A stretch of DNA of 64,000 bases from Octopus bimaculoides (lineage: Eukaryota), in the NCBI RefSeq assembly GCF_001194135.2, contig NC_069001.1:29564704-29628703 (forward strand). The letters run 5' to 3'. The position numbers and the translations under genes were made by a program. The notes under the pieces were generated by a model. That model was not told the origin of the DNA and ran no database searches. It saw only the letters and a list, made by a program, of their open reading frames with translations. Below, piece after piece: positions 54,569 through 64,000 of this stretch. How positions within the stretch are numbered: position 1 is the first letter of the stretch; every line of letters starts with the position of its first letter.

Positions 54569-54860
54569 GCAGAGAAATTTGTCGGCTGCTCAGAAAAGCA
54601 GGATAAGTATCAGTCTCTCTTCGACAGTTTTATGCTCGAGCATTTGGCAGTGGAGACCGCCGGTAATCCGCATCCTTGCTCACTGCATTCAAGGCGAGGA
54701 GGGCTGTCCGCAACTGCGGGCCCCATGAGTCAGTGGAGGTTTCATCGCATCTCCCTCGTTATCCTCCGGAGCCACGCCTCTTCCATTTTGTCAGTGGGCC
54801 TAGCGATGTAACTTATAAAAACACTTAACAGCAGATTTCATAATAAAGATAATACTAATT
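54569..54860 (+). mobile_element. 3' end of a CRE-like non-LTR retrotransposon (C-terminal restriction-like endonuclease region)
   Basis: AEKFVGCSEKQDKYQSLFDSFMLEHLAVETAG...WRFHRISLVILRSHASSIL resembles the recalled CRE pattern (K..KY..L....F.PLAVET.G...QRISLAIQRGNA.SIL); stop at 54809-54811; AT-rich tail with aataaa. Confidence 0.75.
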
Positions 54861-55628
54861 TTATAATAAATACAATACAGACATCAAGGACAAAGACAAA
54901 AAAAGGAAGTAAAACATTTGAAAAAGCGTACAACTAACTCGGATCCATCAGGGTTTGCCCAAACTTGTTGAGGCCTTCAGAGAGCGAGGAAATCGATCTT
55001 ATTTCAGTAATGATTTGTAAACACGAGTGTAGGACAGACAATGTTGGCTGATATATGTTGCATTGGACAATAGTAAGTTGTAATGGTAACAGTGTTAACA
55101 TCATCCCACTAAAATCATATAGAAAGGCAAGCAAGCAGGAAATATTTTTTCGATGTAAATACTTTTACAAATGTCATATCATTTCTTTAAATTTGTGCTT
55201 TAGATTCCATATTTCGTAATGAATACACTATCGGCTCGTTGATAGGTAGATGCATTAGTGCTTCGGACGAAATACATGCGCTTGCCACTACTCTTAAATT
55301 TGCCTATTATTTTGGAAGTTAAGGAAATTACTAATCAAAAAATAGCATAGGCATCGTGGATGAATTTCCTTTCTGAAGACGTCTGCATTTTTAACTGAAT
55401 TGGAAACGTAAATTAATTACTAAACTATCATCAGAGAATTTGTCGTGATCATTGAATGGAACACAGATCGGTGAAATTGCTTTATCCCCGCTGAAAATGC
55501 TACATCGTAACCAACGTCGGTACCATTATGCAAGCATCCCAAGTGAATATATTTACAATTTAATACTATACATTTATTTGAAAATTTGCTTAAAACAAAC
55601 ACACACATACAAATAAATACATACGTAC

Positions 55629-55680
<52 letters not shown>

Positions 55681-55744
55681 GCATACACATAAATTCATAT
55701 ATATGTACGTATGTATGTATATAAACGCTCCCCCTTTCTTAGCT

Positions 55745-55999
55745 CTCCTGAAATAAGAATTTCTAACTTCCGGTCAGCCATTGTTATGATCGGCCATTAT
55801 TATGATTGACCGTTGACTGAACACTATTCAATTTTTTTTCTCCGTGTTTTTCTCCTTGTCTCCGTATTCTTTCTGTTGAAGAGCGTAGCTCCAAACGTCA
55901 AAGACTTTCCGTATTCCCGAGCGTCATACTAATATATACTTTTGTTATTTACACCACCTGTCCTCGTCTGTTGTTATTATTTGTATATTCTCCCATATA
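55745..55999 (+). mobile_element. Young repeat family E, Penelope-like terminal-repeat fragment
   Basis: 55779-55998 differs from the reverse complement of 63781-64000 at only 2 positions; contains a hammerhead-like motif. Confidence 0.75.
55868..55904 (+). ncRNA. Minimal hammerhead-like motif with G12-to-C core mutation
   Basis: tcttt CTGTTGA a gagc gta gctc cAA ACGT C aaaga. Confidence 0.45.
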
Positions 56000-56739
56000 T
56001 AAACGAGTGATTATAAATACTTCTTTTCTATACACTGTTAAATATATAAGAATGAAAATAGTGACAGACATACAAAAACCTTTCTATACGTTCGTCTTTA
56101 AGAATGATTATGACGCTTTCTATTCAGATATTAAAACGATCAACACATAAACTATATTGTTTCAACCATTTAAACCGATATTTACTTGAGAAATACCTAG
56201 ACAATTTCTAGAGAACCTATTTACAATTTTAAAGTCAAGATTATTTTACCATAGTTATTTCAATAGTATCGTTTATCTGCTTCACAGGTGGTTGTCTGGC
56301 AGACCAGGATGCTTCTAGAAAGAGACTACCAAAATTAAATCGAAAAATGGCAGAGCCGTATATTAATAGTTCTATTTGAATACTTGATAATTTTCCAAAA
56401 ATATTGCATGTCAAATTCATTTTAGAAACGTTAACGGGAAAATATATTAAAAAAATTTCAATAAAATTTGTCTTTAGATACTATTTGTATAACATTTATA
56501 TTAAATTACTCTTTGAAACTTAAGCTTTACATTTTACATCTTATTCTCCGTTTTGACTTTTTAAACATCTTTCAAAAAATTTCAGACAATAAATTTTATA
56601 TTTTAGTAATGACGTCGTTCAGCCTTAAGAACTTCGATAAATTGAACCGCAATAATAGTAAATTTCAATACATTAGGGTGTGTGTGGTTTACAAAATCTA
56701 TTAGAAACATCGTTCTATAAATCTCCTTAATGATTCATA

Positions 56740-56980
56740 TTAGGTTGGTGCATAATTATTGCAGCTTCTTTTTTTTTTTGAATAAATTTTATTCAACAAA
56801 AACAATAACAACATATAACATATTTAAATTAGTATTCCAAGCAAATGGGAAGCAGTAATTGAAGTAGATGGTGAGCATGCTCCGGAATAATCATTTTAAA
56901 ATGTTTTTGTTACATGTTCTTATTGATTCTGTTGAATAACATTTATTGAAAATAGCCGCAATAAATATGCACCCAACTAA
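56740..56980 (+). mobile_element. Internally deleted mariner derivative (241 bp)
   Basis: TIRs ttaggttggtgcataattattgcagct and agccgcaataaatatgcacccaactaa; TA at 56738-39 and 56981-82; internal PSKWEAVIEVDGEHAPE* resembles a mariner transposase C-terminus. Confidence 0.85.
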
Positions 56981-57353
56981 TAATAATAGTAGAAATTTAA
57001 AGTATTATACAATGGAAACTATAACGTATTTAATTGAAAAGGCACAGAAAAACAAATTAATCGTTGATTTATTTTAAAAATTTATTAATAGCTAAAAGGT
57101 TCCTTCGCAATTTTAATAGTAACTTAATTTCTTTTATATAGATTCATTAATGACAGGAAGAGTACTTCAGATAATCAAATAAAACATTGTCCAATACATG
57201 TATCCATATGTAATTATCGAAATTGTTCATCGAAATATTTAGCGCTGAAAGATATAAACGAGGTATATGTGACTGAAATATTTTATGATGATCTGGAGTG
57301 GAAGTAGTGGAAATTTGTGAAGGAAATTGTATATGTATGTGTGTATGTGTGTG

Positions 57354-57408
<55 letters not shown>

Positions 57409-57452
57409 TAAAACACACGCATACACATACATGTAAACACACTCATGTATAA

Positions 57453-57715
57453 CCAACATTCTGTAGGTTTTGATGACGAGTGCTTCAGTTAATGCGATCA
57501 AACAAACAGCCTGCTCGTGTAAATGATTTTCCGGTAGCTGAGCACTCAACAAACACGCCTGTCTTTACCATAGTCTCAGAGACATTTAGTGAGTCACAGA
57601 ATATGAGTGCATCGGCCCATTTCAATTACAGATACGAATCATTCTTGTCATCAACCTGTAGCACTTAACACCGCACCGAGTATCGGAGTCACGATCTTAA
57701 CATCGTGAGCCATAT
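57453..57715 (-). mobile_element. SINE family D 3' region, degenerate
   Basis: gatgacgagtgcttcagttaatgcgatcaa...acagcctgctcgtg...gctgagcactc...aattacagatac, recalled as the extended body of this family. Confidence 0.55.
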
Positions 57716-58083
57716 ACTTTAGGTCTAGATAGGGCCCAAGCCTCCGACTTCTTTTGCAAGGCGTAGAAAAATTGAAGGATGGCTGCAATAACTGTGTGAA
57801 TCTAAAAGGGGAACATACTGAATAAAATCATAATTAACTGATCCCCATAGTGTGTGAATACCTAAAACTCGAGAAGTGCCCAAACGAATTCATGTTACAC
57901 GTGCCTTACTCAGGGTCCATGAAGGGCCATGGGCCAAAGAAATTTTCAACTTTTTGCCTAATGTAAACCCGAAGCAATCTTTTAGACTGGTCCAGTATTG
58001 CTTTCTACTCTAGGCACAAGGTTCGAAGTTTGGCTCAGTATTACGTGTCAAAAGATAATATTGTTTCGCTTTTATTCCGTCAC

Positions 58084-58124
<41 letters not shown>

Positions 58125-58248
58125 CATTTAAGCACAAAAGAGGCGAGCCTTAAGAGGTTGCCTTACATACTAGAAAGAATAGTCAAAAACTCCAACCACA
58201 GTTAAGACCAATTTCGAAGGGAATGAAAAATAAAAACATGTACCCTGT

Positions 58249-58638
58249 NNNNNNNNNNNNNNNNNNNNNNNNNNNNNNNNNNNNNNNNNNNNNNNNNNNN
58301 NNNNNNNNNNNNNNNNNNNNNNNNNNNNNNNNNNNNNNNNNNNNNNNNNNNNNNNNNNNNNNNNNNNNNNNNNNNNNNNNNNNNNNNNNNNNNNNNNNNN
58401 NNNNNNNNNNNNNNNNNNNNNNNNNNNNNNNNNNNNNNNNNNNNNNNNNNNNNNNNNNNNNNNNNNNNNNNNNNNNNNNNNNNNNNNNNNNNNNNNNNNN
58501 NNNNNNNNNNNNNNNNNNNNNNNNNNNNNNNNNNNNNNNNNNNNNNNNNNNNNNNNNNNNNNNNNNNNNNNNNNNNNNNNNNNNNNNNNNNNNNNNNNNN
58601 NNNNNNNNNNNNNNNNNNNNNNNNNNNNNNNNNNNNNN
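58249..58638. other. Assembly gap
   Basis: Run of N. Confidence 1.
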
Positions 58639-58643
58639 ATATA

Positions 58644-58683
<40 letters not shown>

Positions 58684-59196
58684 TTATCATATATCGATAT
58701 AATATATATATATATATAAACAAATAATGCATTTATATGTATGCATATTATGTATATGTACATTATATATATATTTATATATGTGTGTGTGCGTGTGTCT
58801 TTGTGTCCGTGTGCGTGTGTGTGTGTGTTACTTGTTTATAGTTGAAAGCAACATTATAATTCGAGTTTTCATTTTTGCAGTCATTCTGTCATTTTTTTCA
58901 GCCATTTGTTTATGCCATTGTTTCTTACATTATCGAATTTCTCTTCACCTTTTACTGTTTTTATTTTTTTCATGTGATATATTTGTTTATTCATTTGTCA
59001 GGAACCAATAACTGACATATGTTTTTCTTATGTTAGAATTGATATTTTAAAAAAAACTTTTTTTTTTCTTTTTACCCGCATCACGATACCACAATATATT
59101 CATATAGTATGGTGTGTGAAATATCTTCCAACTTTTTTATGTCACACCGGCCCGTCAACACACAGACACACACGTATATATACATCACATACATTA

Positions 59197-59260
<64 letters not shown>

Positions 59261-59261
<1 letters not shown>

Positions 59262-59408
59262 GGCGCAGAAGTGGCTGTGTGGTAAGTAGCTTGCTTACCA
59301 ACCACATAATTCCGGTGTCAGTCCCACTACGTGGCACCGTGGGCAAGCGTCTTCTAGTATAGCCTTGGGCCGACCAAATCCCTGTGAGTAGATTTGGTAG
59401 ACGGAAAT
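59261..59408 (+). mobile_element. SINE family B head, 3'-truncated
   Basis: ggcgcagaagtggctgtgtggtaagtagcttgcttaccaaccacat...tttggtagacggaaa. Confidence 0.9.
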
Positions 59409-59819
59409 ACTATATATATTATATTATTTATGTTAAATTATCTTATTATTTAATAAAATAATTTGCTGCATTATTTTTTAACATTGACCAAAGTTTCACG
59501 TATGAATTATTTAATAGTATGTCCGTGTAACTGTACTACACATCTCAGTAGCGATTTTGTGTTTAACATCAGCACTCTTGGAATTTTCTCCGAACAATTC
59601 AGTGTACTTCAATGAATAGGTCACTTGTTGTCTGGTTGTCAAGTGCTACCGAGCAGAGCTCTGTTCAACGTTGCTTCAAATGTAAATATACCCTTTGTTT
59701 TTATAGGGTGGAGTAAACTGTCCATATTTTTCTCGTGTTATGACTTTGCACTATAGGATTTTCTGTATATTTGGTTATTACTAAAATTTACTTCATAATT
59801 CTGGGACTTCACTGATTCT

Positions 59820-59950
59820 TCATTTATCGCGCCCGAAATGAAAAAAGTCAAATGTGATGAAGTTGGCTGTAGAACTCAGAAAATACGGACGAAAAAATGC
59901 TAGTAAGCATTTTCTCCGACATCCTAACAACCTTCCAAGGATACTGCCTT
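59820..59950 (-). mobile_element. SINE family A, degenerate
   Basis: atttatcgcgcccgaaatgaaa...gaactcagaa...cggacgaa...aagcatttt. Confidence 0.65.
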
Positions 59951-59982
59951 TGGCACCTAGTAATATAAAATCAAATTTTAAA

Positions 59983-60195
59983 ACGACGAGCTGGCAAAAT
60001 CGGTAGCATGACGAGTGATATGGTTAACAGTATTGTGTCCGTCTTCGTGTTTTAAGTTCGAATTCCGCCGAGGTTAACTTTACCTTTCAACGTTTCGGGG
60101 TCGATAAGATAACTACCAATTGAGTACTGGGTTCGATGCAATCGACTTACCCCTCTGCGAAATTGTTGGCATTGTACCAAAATTTGAATTCAATA
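59983..60195 (+). mobile_element. SINE family A, tail type 2
   Basis: gacgagctggcaaaatcggtagc...agttcgaattccgccgaggttaactttacc...cgaaattgttggcattgtaccaaaatttgaa. Confidence 0.85.
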
Positions 60196-60207
60196 TTAAT
60201 TCAAATT

Positions 60208-60425
60208 TGAAGGCGGTGAGCTGGTAAAATCCTTAAAACGCTGGACATAAGTATTTGCAGTAGTTCATCAGTCTCCACATTCTGAGTTCAAATGCCGCCC
60301 AGGTCCACTATGATTTTCTTTGTTCCTGGGGTCAATAAAATAAGCTCTTGTCGAAAAACTAGGGTCCATGTAATCAACTTACCAACTCACCGAAATTGCT
60401 GGCATTGTGCCAACGTTTCAAATGA
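60208..60425 (+). mobile_element. SINE family A, tail type 2, tandem with the previous copy
   Basis: gaaggcggtgagctggtaaaatc...gagttcaaatgccgcc...ccgaaattgctggcattgtgcc. Confidence 0.85.
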
Positions 60426-62629
60426 ATATTAAATGAAATTTACAGAAATCAAGCCCTGGTTTACTCAAAACTATTTGGTATTCCATATTATTTTAGTTTA
60501 TTTAGTATCGCAATCAATGTTATGAAATTAAATTTTGCGCTTCCCTTTAGCCACCACACAATTTAGCAATGCAGGATATTTTTTCTGAAACTCTGAATTT
60601 TCTTAATTATATCAACTGTTTGTTCATGCTATCACCTCTTTGTCCATAATATCTCATATGGAACTGCACCCCTCCTCTGATATATCTACTTTCACAGAGA
60701 GATTTTATGATCCAACTATGAATCCTACATAAATTAAGAGATTTGTGAGATGAAATTCCATGCAATATTCCGTTAAGTATTGTATGAAATGTTTCCAAGC
60801 ATTTTTATTTCTAGCTCCTGAAACAAGTTTTTCATAAAACCAATTATCTACTTATGAGCCATTTTATTCTAGGGTTCACCTCTTTCAAATTTAACTCGCA
60901 CAAAATATCCTCTTACGTTCCGGAATAAAATATACTTACATTAATTCTCGGAACCATTTTCTCCTTATTTATTATTGAATCTTAACTTCATGTTTAGAGG
61001 ACTGTAGCTTTCCTTTTGTCATTAAAATATAATTTGATTTAATTGCTTATGCATCATACATTCATGGTTGTTTATGAAATTTGTTCTTCAGGCAGTCCGC
61101 CATCTTAATACTTATGTTCTACCCATTAACATACGTTTTATACGATTGGAAACTTTATGTTCTCTTCTGTTTATTATTCTAGCTACTTCCCTTTTATAGC
61201 ATAACACAATACCGTTATATTTATGTTGTTATCTGTTTTCTTAGCGTGCATTAAATTACCCGATTTACGCATTGTATATGGGGCACGGCCATTTCCTATT
61301 CTCATGGCGAATTTTCTCCATCATTCACGGTTTGTTGTATATATTTAAAGAAATTTTGACCCAGTATTTCAAGGATATTATTTGTAAGGTTTATTTGTTT
61401 CGTCTCTCTTGTTTCGCTATCACATGAATTTGTGAATAAACATTCTGTTGAGTTTATTTTAATGGCCTACCAATGTATATAGTGCCTTTCTATGTCCTAG
61501 GTGGCAGGAAGATACACGGCAAGAAATAGAAACAGACTTAATAGTGAAAATAATAAAACAATAACAACTGGTTTCCGATTTTAACTGATTGGAAGCGTTA
61601 TCAGGTACATGTTTTATCGTTGTGTAAAAGATGTGCTACACCAAATAGCACAAATAGTACAAATAGCACAAATTTGTTTGTCATCTGCTTGACCAAAACC
61701 AGTTCAGCCTGTCCCGTAGTGGCTGATGATATCTGCATTTCTGATCACGTGCAAGAATTGTGGGAGAGCACCATAGTCATGTGTGTGTGGGATACTGTGG
61801 GGGTTTCAATAAATTACCCCAGAAACAATGGTGCTTCGTTCATCATCGTTAAACAACGCTTATTCAGTCACCTTTTGAAGGGGACAGTCTACCCGACCTG
61901 AAGAAAATTCTGTGCCCCATCATTGATAATAAAGATGATGAAAATAAATAATGTAGTAATAATATTAAATTACATCGACAAATTTGTCGCCTGACACTAT
62001 GTTTACATTGGATTAACTTAATTTTAAATTTGTTAACAGAATTGTCAGTAGCTAGAAAATGCCATGCAATTAACGCAAATTATCCGTTAATTGGCTTAAT
62101 TACAGAAAGAGTTAACTGAGTTTTAGCACATTTAATGTAGTGATTTCATTAAAAAAAGGTATAATTAGTTATACTTACTCGTTGTAAATAATTAATCTCA
62201 GTGATTTTGTTTCTTTAATTAGTACATTCTTCAAGAAATCAGATTCTATACTAGAAGATATAATGCTTCTTGGCTTACATGAACTGTTGCAAGCGGCAGC
62301 GTAAGAAGTGATTGTCTTCGTTAAGAACATCTTTCTTTTATATTATTTAAAAGATTAGCAGACGATAGATTATTTGAAAATGGAGAAATGGTTATATAAG
62401 CCGCTTTATTTCCATATTTATATTGATGTTGTTTTATATGTATTTCACACACTGGTTTAGGTTTATTGATATTTAAATGTTTCTGCTATCATGTTAGAAC
62501 CAAATAATCTTTTCGCAATTACGAGATTTTCCAAGTAAAACTGGAACTCTTGTGAAGTGATACCTCTGAACGTCTCCATTGTTGTTTTCTTCTCTTCCAC
62601 ATCTGCAAATTCCGAAACATCAGCTTTTA

Positions 62630-62770
62630 GTCTCCGTCTACAAAATCTACTCACAAGATTTTGGTTTTCCCGTGGCTATAGCAGAAAAAAAACCGTTTAA
62701 GTTGCCACGCAGTGGGAGTAAACCCGGAAACACGTGGTTGGGGAGCAAGTTTCTTACCACATCACCATGT
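62630..62770 (-). mobile_element. SINE family B head
   Basis: ccgtctacaaaatctactcacaag...gccacgcagtgggagtaaacccggaaacacgtggttggg. Confidence 0.85.
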
Positions 62771-63748
62771 CTATGCCTATAGCACATGAGAGAGACGGAT
62801 AATGGAATATACAAACTTCATTGATCACAACGATGGTTTCCACGCATCCTGCAACCATTCCTCGTAGGTGGAATACTCTGTGTATGTATGTGTGCGTATG
62901 TTTGTGTGCATGTGTGTGTGTGTGTAAATCAATCATAAAATAGCAAATAAATTTTAAAAAAAGAACACAATCAAAAACACGTAGAGTGAATGTATTTGGT
63001 TGATGTTCATTTTGAAATGAAAAAAAAATAGTGTGAGACATTAAATTTTAGGTATCATCCTTACGTTAAGCCAATTTCTTTGGTTCTATTGTTTTTAGTC
63101 CCCCCTGGGAAAAGGTAGTACTTGTAATTTGATATTAGCTTTGTGCTGAATACAAACGTATCTCTCTCTATATAAATATATATAGATGTGTGAGTGGGTA
63201 TATGCATGTACATCTATGTATGTATGTATATATATATATATATATATAATTGTGATTGTGCATGCATGTATGCTATATGTATTAAATCCATGTCTGTATG
63301 TACTGTAGATTGTTACACGATAAAAAGTATTGACCATTATAAACCATTAACGTATCAATATAGCGATTGATAATTAAACGAAAACTGGTAGATATGTAAT
63401 GGAGCTGAAAGATATAATGAATAGTCAAGATCAATATATTGATTTACTTGTCATCGAATATGTAAATTTTTGCCTCTTGAATACCAAATACATGTCCACG
63501 AGATTAAATGCCATAAAATTCCTTGTCGAGATTAATGAACGAATTGCGAAAGATGTTATATCAGACAGTTACTTTCCAAATATGTTGCAGAAGATGTTAT
63601 TATTGCAAAGGGCGGCATGTTTTCGTAGAAAAGAAAATTGATACCCAATGCAGATTTACTTAGAAAGGACAACTTCAATCACATCAGTCACATATCTGTA
63701 CACATGTAGGCATTATGTCTGTTCAACGACATGCATTCTCCGATCGAT

Positions 63749-63780
<32 letters not shown>

Positions 63781-63786
<6 letters not shown>

Positions 63787-64000
63787 GAGAATATACAAAA
63801 AATAACAACAGACGAGGACAGGTGGTGTAAATAACAAAAGTATATATTAGTATGACGCTCGGGAATACGGAAAGTCTTTGACGTTTCGAGCTACGCTCTT
63901 CAACAGAAAGAATACGGAGACAAGGAGAAAAACACGGAGAAAAAAAATTGAATAGTGTTCAGTCAACGGTCAATCATAATAATGGCCGATCATAACAATG
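63781..64000 (-). mobile_element. Young repeat family E, Penelope-like; runs off the window end
   Basis: Near-identical inverted copy of 55779-55998; ends in (TA)n. Confidence 0.75.
63875..63911 (-). ncRNA. Minimal hammerhead-like motif (A6-to-U variant core, extra A, perfect stems I and II)
   Basis: Reverse complement: tcttt CTGTTGA a gagc gta gctc GAA ACGT C aaaga. Confidence 0.55.

Noticed and set aside
61620-61901. 93-aa ORF or Tc1 N-terminal-like peptide (CKNCGRAP)
   Set aside because: Only a weak motif echo, no TIRs, other frames stop-ridden

Overview
AT-rich, microsatellite-saturated eukaryotic scaffold with many N gaps. The repeat landscape (tRNA-headed SINEs with internal (GT)n or (AAT)n, heavy (AT)n/(GT)n) is most consistent with an octopus genome; this is inference from recalled repeat types, not a search. 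No recognisable intact protein-coding gene, rRNA, true tRNA or CRISPR array was found, and most ORFs in the track are microsatellite or gap artefacts. The window looks intergenic or intronic. It holds four SINE families (labelled A-D here), a young Penelope-like repeat (E), a full-length decayed Tc1 with TIRs and TA TSD, remnants of hAT-like, RTE, R4/Dong-like and CRE-like elements, and four foldback or MITE elements. The most interesting signal is a minimal type I hammerhead-ribozyme-like fold (stem I, CUGNUGA plus an extra A, stem II, GAA, palindromic ACGU, H) in two otherwise dissimilar repeat families. One of them is a Pol III tRNA-headed SINE, suggesting a possible ribozyme-bearing SINE mobilised by Penelope-like elements. 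One unexplained 169-codon ORF and a weak 3-exon micro-gene candidate are also reported. Repeat boundaries are approximate (about 10-20 bp) unless TIRs or TSDs are quoted.
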